From positions 1 to 36,942 of the forward strand of contig DCYW01000030.1 of assembly GCA_002331185.1 (NCBI GenBank): a DNA stretch of 36,942 nt, read 5' to 3'. Positions 27,006 to 36,875 of this stretch are shown here, piece by piece. Position numbers and translations under genes: made by a program. Positions within the stretch are counted from its first letter, which is position 1, and every line of letters begins with the position of its first letter. The notes under the pieces were generated by a model that was given only the letters and a program-made list of their open reading frames with translations, did no database searches and had not been told where the DNA came from. Source of the stretch: Patescibacteria group bacterium UBA2100 (GTDB taxonomy: Bacteria > Patescibacteriota > Minisyncoccia > Phycocordibacterales > UBA2100).

Positions 27006-27110
27006 AACCCTTTTCGTACAACCTTTATTTACACACTATCCACATGTGACTCACATACCCCCATGTCGTCAATAGTGGGGTCAGAAGATGGAACGTGCTA
27101 AAATCTCAGC

Positions 27111-28493
27111 ATGACTAATACTCGTGTACCACCGCAGGACCTAGAAGCTGAACGTGCGCTTCTTGGTGCGATAATGCTCAAACCAAATGCTATGTACGAC
27201 ATGTCAGATATGGTTGTACCTGATTCTTTCTATGCAGCAAAGCACGGTATTATATTTGAGGGAATGCTTGCACTCTTCAACAAAGGTGAACCTATTGATC
27301 TCGTTACCCTTTCTGGAAATCTTGAATCCCAGAAAAAACTTGAACAGATTGGTGGGCGCGGATACCTATCAGAACTGGCAGGAGCAGCTCCAGCTGCAAC
27401 AAACGCGTTGCATTATGCACAAGTTGTAAAAGCAAAACACATTCACCGCGAACTAATAACCGCTGCAGACTATATCGGAGAACTTGGGTACAAAGAAGAT
27501 GATGAAATAGACACGCTCCTAGACGAAGCACAGTCAACCATCTTTCAAATCGCGAATACTTCTACACTACAAAAGTTTGTTTCTATTGGTGAAGAATTGA
27601 AGGACGCATGGAAACGACTCGAATCACTTCAAGAAAATAAAGACGAAATTCGTGGTATTCACACCGGTTTTAAAGACCTTGATAATTTGCTTGCAGGATT
27701 TCAAAAGTCAGATCTTATTATTTTAGCCGCTCGCCCATCTATGGGTAAGACATCTTTAGCACTAGATATCGCCCGACAAACTGCCATCAAGCATGGCAAT
27801 GCGGTTGGTTTCTTTTCATTAGAAATGTCCGCGCAACAGCTAACTGACCGAATGCTTGCATCGGAATCTAACGTAAATGGCTGGCGTTTGCGCACAGGTA
27901 ATCTATCGTCTGACGAAGAATACGACCGTCTTCGTAACGGTATGGATCGCCTCTCTTCGGCACCGATTTATATCGACGATAAGTCAGAACGCACAGTGCT
28001 ACAAATGCGTTCAATAGCACGACGTCTTAAAGCAGAAAAAAGTCTTTCATTAATTGTTGTTGATTACCTACAGCTCATTGTTCCTGGCGCAACGCGTCAA
28101 AGTGATTCTATGGTACAACAGGTAACTGAAATATCGCGTTCGTTGAAAGGTATGGCACGCGAACTCGACGTGCCCGTTCTTGCTCTATCACAGCTTTCTC
28201 GTGCCGTAGAGCAACGTCGTGACCACCCACGTCTCTCTGACCTGCGTGATTCAGGTTCTATCGAGCAAGATGCCGATGTAGTGATGTTTATTCACCGCGA
28301 TGATAAAATGAATGACAATTCCGACCGTCCTAATATCGCTGACATCATGGTTGAGAAACACCGTAACGGTCCTGTAGGACGTATTGAACTTTACTTCAAC
28401 GATGAACAAGCGACATTTAATACCATAGAGAAAAATGATTTTGGGGATTTTGCTTCAAGTAATGATGCAAACGCTCAGGACGATGGATTCTAG
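27111..28493 (+). CDS. dnaB: Replicative DNA helicase DnaB
   Basis: N-terminal PPQDLEAERALLGAIM, Walker A ARPSMGKTS, VVDYLQL and SQLSRAVEQR. I saw no intein insertion. Confidence 0.95.
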   Translation: MTNTRVPPQDLEAERALLGAIMLKPNAMYDMSDMVVPDSFYAAKHGIIFEGMLALFNKGEPIDLVTLSGNLESQKKLEQIGGRGYLSELAGAAPAATNALHYAQVVKAKHIHRELITAADYIGELGYKEDDEIDTLLDEAQSTIFQIANTSTLQKFVSIGEELKDAWKRLESLQENKDEIRGIHTGFKDLDNLLAGFQKSDLIILAARPSMGKTSLALDIARQTAIKHGNAVGFFSLEMSAQQLTDRMLASESNVNGWRLRTGNLSSDEEYDRLRNGMDRLSSAPIYIDDKSERTVLQMRSIARRLKAEKSLSLIVVDYLQLIVPGATRQSDSMVQQVTEISRSLKGMARELDVPVLALSQLSRAVEQRRDHPRLSDLRDSGSIEQDADVVMFIHRDDKMNDNSDRPNIADIMVEKHRNGPVGRIELYFNDEQATFNTIEKNDFGDFASSNDANAQDDGF

Positions 28494-28504
28494 AATGTTT
28501 TACT

Positions 28505-29110
28505 ATGAATGATCTCAACACGCTCACAGAACTATTTACCCAATTCCCAGGAATAGGTCCCAGACAAGCACGGCGGTTTGTCTTTTTCCTATTGCGTCAG
28601 AATGAAGGATATCGCACTACCTTTATACGAGCTATTCAAAACACGGCTGCACACGTAAAACAATGTTCTCATTGTCTACGATATGCACAACTACACATAA
28701 AGACCTCGCTGTGTGATCTATGTGCCGATTCAAGCCGTGTCGATGAGGTACTCATGCTTGTTGAAAAAGATACTGACGTTGAACAAATGGAGAAAAGTGG
28801 TGCATACACTGGGCGATACTTTGTACTTGGTGGAACAGTGTCAGTGACTGGTAAAAAAAGTTATATGCGCGAGAAAGAACTTGCCGTTTTTTTAAAGAAA
28901 TATGGATTCGGACTTACAGAAATAATTCTGGCTCTTTCAGCAACACCTGATGGAGAATATACAACTGACTATTTGAGCGCTAAATTTAAAGAAGACTCCG
29001 AGTTAACGGGGGCAACCGTAACTGTTCTTGGTCGAGGACTCTCCACTGGTTCCGAACTCGAATATGCAGATGCTGCTACTTTGAAACAGGCACTAAAAAA
29101 TAGAGTCTAA
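28505..29110 (+). CDS. recR: Recombination protein RecR
   Basis: HhH FPGIGPRQARRF, a Cys4 zinc finger (CSHC...CDLC) and a Toprim domain (LMLVEKDTDV). Confidence 0.93.
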   Translation: MNDLNTLTELFTQFPGIGPRQARRFVFFLLRQNEGYRTTFIRAIQNTAAHVKQCSHCLRYAQLHIKTSLCDLCADSSRVDEVLMLVEKDTDVEQMEKSGAYTGRYFVLGGTVSVTGKKSYMREKELAVFLKKYGFGLTEIILALSATPDGEYTTDYLSAKFKEDSELTGATVTVLGRGLSTGSELEYADAATLKQALKNRV

Positions 29111-29138
29111 AAAATGCTGCCAAAGGCAGCATTTTTTT
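29109..29138. terminator. Bidirectional rho-independent terminator between recR (+) and rplU (-)
   Basis: AAAAAATGCTGCC-aaa-GGCAGCATTTTTTT. Confidence 0.88.
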
Positions 29139-29160
29139 AAATACGAGCAATGTATTTTGA

Positions 29161-29595
29161 TTACCCTATCTTTGTGATTTTTACACGAGTATACGGTTGT
29201 CGGTGCCCTCGGTTCTTAAAGTAACGGCTCTTTGAACGGAATCGAATAACAGATATTTTTCTTTCCCGTGCGTTCTCGGCAAATTCAGCAGTTACCTTAA
29301 CGCCTGAAATCGTTGGGTCTCCAACCGTAGTTGTTTTTCCATCATCTACAAGAAGTACTTTAGTAAACTCAATCTTTGCTCCCTCTTTGTGCTCGCCATC
29401 TAATTTTTCAACATTAAGCGCATCTCCTTCACGAACAATATATTGCTTACCTCCTGTTGCGATTACAGCAAAAGAATCGGCCTTTTTAACAGCCGCTTTT
29501 TTAGGTTCCGCTTTTTTAGGTGCATCTTTCTTCACTACACGCTTAAGGGGTGTCTTTTTTTCACCGTCGTTCTTTGTAACCTTCTTTTCAGCCAT
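29161..29595 (-). CDS. rplU: 50S ribosomal protein L21 with a Lys-rich N-terminal extension
   Basis: The core FAVIATGGKQYIVREGDALNVEKL...RFRSKSRYFKNRGHRQPYTRVKI is L21. The first ~40 aa are a K/A/P-rich extension. Confidence 0.9.
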   Translation of the reverse strand: MAEKKVTKNDGEKKTPLKRVVKKDAPKKAEPKKAAVKKADSFAVIATGGKQYIVREGDALNVEKLDGEHKEGAKIEFTKVLLVDDGKTTTVGDPTISGVKVTAEFAENARERKISVIRFRSKSRYFKNRGHRQPYTRVKITKIG

Positions 29596-29673
29596 AGTGG
29601 CGCAATATTACCAGAAGGGCTCAAAAAAGCAACGGGTACGGCTCTATTTCTTAGAATGATTAGTGCCTCCCCT

Positions 29674-30744
29674 CTAGTCTTCTCTGTTTGGTTTTTCGAT
29701 GCTTTCTATCTCAATTCCAGGCGCTGTACCGGTTATACGAAGTACGTCTTTATCTACTTTACTAAGCTCTTTATACCCCGCATTATAGTGATTTACCGTA
29801 GTGGACAGTGAATTGCCGAGCTTTTCATAATAGTCATCGTACTTTTCAATATGTTTTCCGAGCTTGCTCACGTTCTTAATAATATCTTTTGCTTTCTCTT
29901 CTATATCCATTGCTTTGAGACCTTGCAATACCGTCTGTAAATATGCCAAAAATGACGTAGGAGACACAATTATGACCTTGTGTGTTCCTGCAGCGCGTTG
30001 TATTAAACTCTCATTCCCCGTACCAACCTTGTTAGATAGTAATTCGTAGTAAATTCCCTCAGACGGAATGAACATAAAAGCAAATTCTGTCGTCCCTTCT
30101 TCTGGGCGAATATATTTTGAAGTTTCTGTAATACGAAGTTTGAGGTCATTCACAAACGACTTCTCAAACTGCACTCGTTCTGTTTCGTCCTTTGCCTCAA
30201 CCATTCTATTGTAATTCTCAAGAGAGAATTTTGAATCAATTGGAACTACTTTGTCCTTGACGAATACAACAGCATCCACAATCTCTTTATCCGTAAAGCT
30301 GTACTGCATCCTAAAACTATCAGGAGGAAGAACATTTTGTAATACAGACTCTAAATAATACTCACCCAAAATTCCTCGCTGTTTTGGATTCTTCAAAACG
30401 TCCTGTAGTTGCCGTAATTGCTCGGTAAAAGAAACCACCTGTTTATTAGTTTCTTCCAGACGGGTAAGTTTCTCAGTAACGTCTCCCACTACTTTCTGTG
30501 AACTCCGAAGCTGCTCACGCATACTTTCATTTATATCTCGTGTACTGTCCCCTATTTTTCGGTCAAACAAATCACGGAGACCATGAATCTCTTTCTGCAA
30601 AAAATCAACTCCGTTATCCAACTTTGCTTTTCGAGTACTCCGTATAAAATACCAGAGAATAAGAAGATTGCTTGCACCAATTATAACGGCGAGGCCAATG
30701 AGTACCATTGTTACAGAAGTCATGGTGCTAGTATACCAAAACAA
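29674..30744 (-). CDS. rmuC: DNA recombination protein RmuC
   Basis: N-terminal TM helix, a coiled coil and a C-terminal RmuC nuclease-like region (VVPIDSKFSLENY, FAFMFIPSEGIYYE, VIIVSPTSFLAYL). The ORF-track start is a TTG at 30744 preceded by AGGGAAAGAG; ATG 30723 is an alternative. Confidence 0.87.
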   Translation of the reverse strand: MFWYTSTMTSVTMVLIGLAVIIGASNLLILWYFIRSTRKAKLDNGVDFLQKEIHGLRDLFDRKIGDSTRDINESMREQLRSSQKVVGDVTEKLTRLEETNKQVVSFTEQLRQLQDVLKNPKQRGILGEYYLESVLQNVLPPDSFRMQYSFTDKEIVDAVVFVKDKVVPIDSKFSLENYNRMVEAKDETERVQFEKSFVNDLKLRITETSKYIRPEEGTTEFAFMFIPSEGIYYELLSNKVGTGNESLIQRAAGTHKVIIVSPTSFLAYLQTVLQGLKAMDIEEKAKDIIKNVSKLGKHIEKYDDYYEKLGNSLSTTVNHYNAGYKELSKVDKDVLRITGTAPGIEIESIEKPNRED

Positions 30745-30765
30745 TACTCTTTCCCTATATACGTA

Positions 30766-33435
30766 TTAACGCTGTGACTTCTTTTCCTTGAATATGAAAT
30801 GTTTTGCAATTTCTACACCAATTAAACTTGCAAAGCCTAAGCTAAACAAAACGGCTAATTCTTGGAGAGATAGCGGCCGTAATGAGAGTAATTGCTGCAT
30901 TGGTGTCACCGAGATGACGAACAAGAGAAGTGTTGAGTTTATCGCAAATGCTCCTAATAAAAACGTGTTTGAGAAAAAATTGATACGCCAAAATGGCTGA
31001 GACAAATCCCGAAATGCAAACGCAAATAGAATAGAATCTATCGAAAGCATGATGAAAATAATGGTTCTGATTTTATCGATGTGCACTCCTACAGATAGGA
31101 GAATCAAAAAGAGCCCAAGAAGCGTCACACCAGTGATTATACTTACAGAAAAAATAAACCAACGTGCTTGTTTTGTGAGAATACTTCTCACGCCCCTCTT
31201 CCCTGGCTTTTGTTTCATCGCATTTTTTTCTTTTGGTTCAAAGGCTAACGGAAAACTCATAAACCCCTCTCCAATAATATTCGCCCATAGAATCTGTGTT
31301 GGGAGTAGTGGTAGCGGAGCGCCAGCTGCAAGCGAACCTCCTATAACTATAATTTCACTGAAGCTCGTTGAAAGAAGGGAAGCGACAATTTTTCGTAAAT
31401 TTGCAGTAATCCGCCTTCCCTCACCAATAGCAGCGGTTATCACAGAGAAACTATTGTCAATAAGAATAAGATCTGCCGCGGCTTTAGCAACGTCTGTTCC
31501 GCTCCCTACAGCAATACCAATGTCTGCCGCAGCAAGCGCTGGTGCGTCGTTGACCCCATCTCCTGTCATTGCGACGACCTCTTTTGCATTTCGGAGTAAT
31601 CGCGCAACACGCAATTTTTGCTCAGGGAGAACCCGAGCAATTATTTTATGTGAATTGAGTGCTTTGAGTAACTGCTTGTCGTCCATCTCACTTATCATGA
31701 CGCCAGTGAGCACGGGGGCGTCAGCACGTGTATCGATACCAACTTCCCTTGCAATAGCACGGGCTGTCTCTGGATAATCCCCTGTTGCCATAATGACTCT
31801 CGTTCCTGCGCTCTTCACCTCTTTAATAGCTTGCGCAACATCCGGCCTGACTGCGTCACGAAATGCCAATAATCCAACAAATACAAACTGGTGCTTTTTT
31901 GACGGTGTAAGGACTTCATCAGGAACTGTATCACTCGCTGTTTTTATGTACGCAATCGCAGTGAAGCGCATACCTTCAGAAGAAATCTGTTTTTGTGTTT
32001 CTGTAAACTTCTTTCGCGTGCTGTCGTCCATTTTTCTCTCTCTACCATTGAGGAAATACTTATCTGAGTTAGCAAGGAGATGTTCGGGCGAACCTGATAA
32101 ATACGCTCTATGACCCTTTTGAGGGCAATTGTTTAGCGATATAGCATACCGACGTGATGATTCGAATTGAACAAAATCAATACGTTCAAATCCATTCAAA
32201 AATAAATCAGCCTGAGACAATCCTGCTTCTAATCCACCCTCTGTTATTGCTTTTTCAATTGGTCTACCTCTGACAAGTAATTTTCCTGCCTCCTCCGGAT
32301 CTTCTTCGACGAATGCATCGGATGACAGTACGGCCATTCGTAATAATTCTTTATTATCTGAAATTGCCGCCACTTCGTTGTGCTCTATTCCAGAAAGTGT
32401 ATAGAGTCCACTCAAAATCATCCGTCCCTGTGTGAGTGTTCCTGTTTTGTCGGTCAGAATAACCGTGGTAGAGCCAAGAGTTTCAGCTGCAAGAAGATTC
32501 TTCACCAACCCACCTTTTCGTAATACTGCCTCCATACCGATAGCGAGCACAACAGTAACCGCAGCAGGAAGACCTTCCGGCATGGCAGCGACCGCTACCG
32601 CTATAGCAAGAAGAAGCATTGATGATATGGGTTCGCCCCGCAACAACCCAAGAGCGAGAATGATAACTAATGCAAAACCTACCATGCCCATTAAAAATCG
32701 TGCGATTTTCTGAATATTCTTTTGCAACGGAGTCAATGAGTCCATTGCCTCGTGCGTACTTTTTGCTATTTCTCCAAATCGGGCATTCTCGCCTGTCGCA
32801 ACTACGATACCTATAGCACTTCCTTCTGCAACAAGCGTACCCATCCATGCAATGTTTCTCTGTTCAGATGGCGGGAGCGCACGCCCAAGAGAAGTGTGTA
32901 ACTTTTCAACAGGAAGCCACTCCCCTGTTAACGCAGCTTCGTTCACGGCAAAATTCTTAACCTCAAGCAGTCGTGTGTCTGCAGGTATCATCGTACCTCC
33001 TTGTAAAAATACTATGTCGCCAGGAACGAGGGACTCTGCAGCAACTACCTGTTGCGTGCCCATCCGTAATACTGTTGCATGCTTTTCCTGAGATTTCTCC
33101 AAAGCCTCAAACACACGAGCTGCTTTGCCTTCTTGTAATACTCCAACGACGATATTAATAATGACCGCCACAATAATAACTGTGGTATCTAAGTAGGCAC
33201 CCAAGAAGACAGTCGCAACACCCGCTGCCAGCAACACAAGCGAGAGCGGACTTCGTAACTGCCTTACTATTGCGTCAATCAGGTAGAATCCTTGATCTTT
33301 CGGGAGTGCATTGGGACCGAACTTTTTTTGTCCTTTCTCGAGTTGTTTTTGAGTAAGTCCATAGTCCTTGTCTGTTCCAAAGAGTGCCAAAACCTTATCT
33401 CCTGTAAAACTGTGCCACGCTTTAGAATGTTGCAT
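30766..33435 (-). CDS. Cation-transporting P-type ATPase (type II, Ca2+-ATPase-like)
   Basis: DKTGTLT phosphorylation site, TGEW (TGES-like), PEGLPAAVT in M4, MATGDYPETA and TGDGVNDAPAL. It has about 10 TM helices. Confidence 0.92.
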   Translation of the reverse strand: MQHSKAWHSFTGDKVLALFGTDKDYGLTQKQLEKGQKKFGPNALPKDQGFYLIDAIVRQLRSPLSLVLLAAGVATVFLGAYLDTTVIIVAVIINIVVGVLQEGKAARVFEALEKSQEKHATVLRMGTQQVVAAESLVPGDIVFLQGGTMIPADTRLLEVKNFAVNEAALTGEWLPVEKLHTSLGRALPPSEQRNIAWMGTLVAEGSAIGIVVATGENARFGEIAKSTHEAMDSLTPLQKNIQKIARFLMGMVGFALVIILALGLLRGEPISSMLLLAIAVAVAAMPEGLPAAVTVVLAIGMEAVLRKGGLVKNLLAAETLGSTTVILTDKTGTLTQGRMILSGLYTLSGIEHNEVAAISDNKELLRMAVLSSDAFVEEDPEEAGKLLVRGRPIEKAITEGGLEAGLSQADLFLNGFERIDFVQFESSRRYAISLNNCPQKGHRAYLSGSPEHLLANSDKYFLNGRERKMDDSTRKKFTETQKQISSEGMRFTAIAYIKTASDTVPDEVLTPSKKHQFVFVGLLAFRDAVRPDVAQAIKEVKSAGTRVIMATGDYPETARAIAREVGIDTRADAPVLTGVMISEMDDKQLLKALNSHKIIARVLPEQKLRVARLLRNAKEVVAMTGDGVNDAPALAAADIGIAVGSGTDVAKAAADLILIDNSFSVITAAIGEGRRITANLRKIVASLLSTSFSEIIVIGGSLAAGAPLPLLPTQILWANIIGEGFMSFPLAFEPKEKNAMKQKPGKRGVRSILTKQARWFIFSVSIITGVTLLGLFLILLSVGVHIDKIRTIIFIMLSIDSILFAFAFRDLSQPFWRINFFSNTFLLGAFAINSTLLLFVISVTPMQQLLSLRPLSLQELAVLFSLGFASLIGVEIAKHFIFKEKKSQR

Positions 33436-33489
33436 AGTGCTAGTATTGTACCATTCAACTCCTCTGTAAAATTGATATAATACACATAT

Positions 33490-33942
33490 ATGTTACATGC
33501 CCAACTTAAAGAAGACATGAAGACCGCACTAAAAGCGAGAGAGGAACTTCGCCTCTCTACATTACGTGGTCTTTTAAGCGCACTTACAAATGAACTTGTT
33601 GCGCAAAGAAGAAAACCTGATGAACTACTCGAAGACGATGGAGTTCTCTCGGTAATAAAACGAGCAGTAAAACAGAGAAAGGATTCTATTGAACAATTTG
33701 ATAAAGGTGGTCGTACTGATCTTGCCGACAAGGAGAAGAGTGAGATGGAAATACTCGAAGAGTATCTTCCTACACAGATGTCGAGAGAAGATATAGGGGA
33801 AGCTGTCGTCCGTGTACTTGAAACAATGCCTAATGCAGAGTTACGTAAAGCAGGGATTGTTGTAGGGGCTGTAATGAAAGAACTTCAAGGCAATGCCGAT
33901 GGTGCTGTGGTAAAAGAGATTGTCACCGACAAACTCTCATAA
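33490..33942 (+). CDS. yqeY: GatB/YqeY domain-containing protein
   Basis: LKEDMKTALKAREELRLSTLRGLLSAL...EILEEYLP is the typical YqeY pattern, and the length is 150 aa. Confidence 0.85.
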   Translation: MLHAQLKEDMKTALKAREELRLSTLRGLLSALTNELVAQRRKPDELLEDDGVLSVIKRAVKQRKDSIEQFDKGGRTDLADKEKSEMEILEEYLPTQMSREDIGEAVVRVLETMPNAELRKAGIVVGAVMKELQGNADGAVVKEIVTDKLS

Positions 33943-33967
33943 TATTGACTGTAGTGACAGCTACACC

Positions 33968-34008
33968 ATATACCCACTTAGGACATCAGGTATCCTAAGT
34001 GAGTATAT
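33968..34008. terminator. Long hairpin between the convergent yqeY (+) and MFS (-) genes
   Basis: ATATAC-C-CACTTAGGA (loop catcaggta) TCCTAAGTG-A-GTATAT gives 15 bp with one internal mismatch. The U-tracts are weak. Confidence 0.65.
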
Positions 34009-34012
34009 TGCT

Positions 34013-35218
34013 CTAGCGTATTTTCATCTTTGCATTAAGACCAAGCATGAATAGAGCAACAAATGCTGCTATGACGAATGCAATGCGCATATCTAAGTAG
34101 AGTACAAGCACTCCCATCAAAAGAAGCATAACAATACGACCAACAGAAAGCGCCATTTCTTTAAGTGCAGTATATTCATCTACATATCTACCATTGTCCG
34201 CTGCTTGTTCATAGGTTGTAGCATCAAATGAAAGAGAATTGACAGTTCGTCCAAAATTATGATAGCTATCTGCAGCAAAAACCTCAAACGGTGTCTGCAC
34301 AAATATTTTTGTTACCCACCCGGTTGTCGCCATAATCACTCCAACCCATAGCATTCGCTTAGGACTCCAGGTGTCAAAAAGTTTTCCTACAAACGTTCGC
34401 AATACAATGACCACCACAACAGTCAAGGAAGCGATTATGCCCAGCACGGTAAATCGCTCATCAAGCAGCGTAAAAATGTACACTGGCCAAAAGAGCGTTA
34501 TTGCCATACCTTGTGCACCGTTTGCAAAATGTGCTATAAACAACGATCGATTCCCACGGGCAAATAAGTGTTGAAATGTTTCTGTATATCCCCAACTATA
34601 CCGTTCGTACGTATGACCCATAAACCACAATGGGATTATTGCAAAAATCATTACAAAAATAGAAAAAAGAAACAACGTATTAAATCCGGCCGATGAAATT
34701 ATAAGGCCTCCGATTGTAGGTACTGCTATTAACACAGCGCTTGCAGTGTTTCGCAAAATTGCTAATTGCCTTCCACGCATTGTCTTATCAAGACCATGGG
34801 AAAAATCAACATGGAAAGGAACCCAGTAAAGTGCACGATACGTCGCGACAAATAAAATATACAGTACGGTTGCATATCCTGGATTACGTGGGAACAAGTA
34901 CAGCGCTACTATGGAAAATCCCAAAAAAACGAGGCCAAGCATTATCATTCGGCGTGTTCCTATGATTCCAAGCAGTTTTGAACTGAGAGGGGTCATCAAA
35001 AGATGCAACCCATAAATAGAAACAAAAATTGCAATAACTAATTGAAGGTCGTAATTAAACTCTCGGAAAAAAAAGATTGGGAGAAAAACCCCAAGCGCCC
35101 CAAGAGAAATTCTCATTAAGGTGCGACTTGTATACAGTGCCACGAGATCTCGTGAAAAATGCGTTTTCCTATACAATGCGTGTACTACTTTCTCTGCCTT
35201 ATCTTGGAGTTCATCCAT
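34013..35218 (-). CDS. MFS-type transporter
   Basis: About 12 hydrophobic helices over 401 aa with short basic loops (GTRRM, RGRQLA). The substrate is unknown. Confidence 0.78.
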   Translation of the reverse strand: MDELQDKAEKVVHALYRKTHFSRDLVALYTSRTLMRISLGALGVFLPIFFFREFNYDLQLVIAIFVSIYGLHLLMTPLSSKLLGIIGTRRMIMLGLVFLGFSIVALYLFPRNPGYATVLYILFVATYRALYWVPFHVDFSHGLDKTMRGRQLAILRNTASAVLIAVPTIGGLIISSAGFNTLFLFSIFVMIFAIIPLWFMGHTYERYSWGYTETFQHLFARGNRSLFIAHFANGAQGMAITLFWPVYIFTLLDERFTVLGIIASLTVVVVIVLRTFVGKLFDTWSPKRMLWVGVIMATTGWVTKIFVQTPFEVFAADSYHNFGRTVNSLSFDATTYEQAADNGRYVDEYTALKEMALSVGRIVMLLLMGVLVLYLDMRIAFVIAAFVALFMLGLNAKMKIR

Positions 35219-35265
35219 AGAAATTAATTATATAGCACTGTAGCGTAATATTTTGAGCAATACAC

Positions 35266-35295
35266 AATAACCCTTCGCGTACGCGAAGGGTTATT
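35266..35295 (-). terminator. Hairpin terminator downstream of the peroxiredoxin gene
   Basis: AATAACCCTTCGCG-ta-CGCGAAGGGTTATT has perfect 14-bp arms. The minus-strand tail is GTGTATTG. Confidence 0.72.
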
Positions 35296-35313
35296 GCCGT
35301 TTATGAGTATGTC

Positions 35314-35919
35314 TTAAATCTTTCCGACAAGATCTAAACCAGGTTCAAGCGTATCATCTCCTGGATTCCAATTTGATGGACATACCTTGCCATCGTGTTC
35401 AGCAACAAACTTAGCTGCTTGAATTTTTCGTAGTGTTTCTTGGACATTCCTGCCAATATCATTGTCATGTATTTCAACAACACGAATGATACCTTCCGGG
35501 TCAATAATGAATGTTCCGCGAAGCGCTACTCCTTCATCTGCAACATGTACACCAAATGCATGTGACAATTCATGCGTTGGGTCAGCTGCCATTGGATACG
35601 TAATCTTGCTTATAGCCTCCGATGCATCATGCCACGCTTTATGCACAAACACTGTGTCTGTTGATACTGAAATCACCTCAGCACCTTCTGCCTGGAATTT
35701 TCCGTATAGTTTTGCAAGATCTTCAAGCTCTGTTGGGCACACAAACGTAAAGTCGGCTGGATAAAAGAAGAGTACAGTCCACTTACCATGCAAGTCATTC
35801 ATGCTCATCTTTTTTGTCTTTTCATCTTGAAATACCTCAAATTCAAAATTTGGTACAGAATCTCCTACCGTAAGAGGACCAAAAAGTTCAAATTCGTTGT
35901 ATGTATCGTTTGATTCCAT
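35314..35919 (-). CDS. Typical 2-Cys peroxiredoxin (AhpC/Tsa family)
   Basis: Peroxidatic Cys motif FTFVCPTE and resolving Cys KVCPSNW. Confidence 0.93.
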   Translation of the reverse strand: MESNDTYNEFELFGPLTVGDSVPNFEFEVFQDEKTKKMSMNDLHGKWTVLFFYPADFTFVCPTELEDLAKLYGKFQAEGAEVISVSTDTVFVHKAWHDASEAISKITYPMAADPTHELSHAFGVHVADEGVALRGTFIIDPEGIIRVVEIHDNDIGRNVQETLRKIQAAKFVAEHDGKVCPSNWNPGDDTLEPGLDLVGKI

Positions 35920-35963
35920 AGTTAATTATTGTATCTAATGAGTAAGGACTATATAGTAACATA

Positions 35964-36875
35964 GTGAAAAGCGGTCACGAAAAAATTATTGTTATTGTTG
36001 GTACCAATGCATCCGGAAAGAGCTCGTTGGCAGTTAGACTGGCAAAGAAATATAGTGGTGAGATAATTTCAGCTGATTCACGACAAGTATACAAAGGCCT
36101 GGACATAGCGACGGGAAAAGTGACTTCAGAAGAGATGGCTAGTGTTCCCCATCATCTTATCGATATAGCCGATCCGAAAGACACCTACACTGCGGCCACC
36201 TTTGCTAAAGATGGTCAAAAAGTAATAGAAGATATGGTTTCTCGAAAAAAACTACCTATAGTTGCGGGTGGCACTGGATTTTATATTGATGCGCTACTTA
36301 ATCCATCTATTCTTACGTTTGCAGCACCAAACAAGGAACTACGAGAAGGATTTGAACTACTACCGGCTAATATTCTTTTCGCTCAATTAAAAAATATTGA
36401 TCCTGAACGTGCAGCGGCACTTGAAGAGAAAGGTGAACAAAACCATGTTCGGCGCATTATACGCTCTTTGGAAATTGCGCTGTCGCCAAAAGAAAAGGCG
36501 GAGAAAATAAGTTCACTTCCTCACTTTAAAGTTCTTTGGATTGGCATACGTTGGGACACAGATGTTTTAAGACAACGAATACACGAACGTACACTCATTC
36601 GAATGGAAGATGGTATGGTGGGAGAAGCAAAAAAATTGCACACTAATGGTTTGTCGTGGAAACGAATGGAAGAACTTGGACTCGAATATAAACACCTCGC
36701 TGATTATCTACGTAATAAAATTACTCGAGAACAACTTATTGAGTACATCGATAGAGATGACGCTCGCTATGCAAAAAGGCAGCGTACGTGGTTTAAGAGA
36801 AACAAAGAAATACATTGGTTTGAAGGAGATAAGTTAGACGGGGTTGAAAAATTGGTTAAAGAATTTCTAAAATAA
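35964..36875 (+). CDS. miaA: tRNA dimethylallyltransferase
   Basis: P-loop GTNASGKS, SADSRQVYKGLDIATGK, GGTGFY and YAKRQRTWF. The start codon is GTG. Confidence 0.92.
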   Translation: MKSGHEKIIVIVGTNASGKSSLAVRLAKKYSGEIISADSRQVYKGLDIATGKVTSEEMASVPHHLIDIADPKDTYTAATFAKDGQKVIEDMVSRKKLPIVAGGTGFYIDALLNPSILTFAAPNKELREGFELLPANILFAQLKNIDPERAAALEEKGEQNHVRRIIRSLEIALSPKEKAEKISSLPHFKVLWIGIRWDTDVLRQRIHERTLIRMEDGMVGEAKKLHTNGLSWKRMEELGLEYKHLADYLRNKITREQLIEYIDRDDARYAKRQRTWFKRNKEIHWFEGDKLDGVEKLVKEFLK

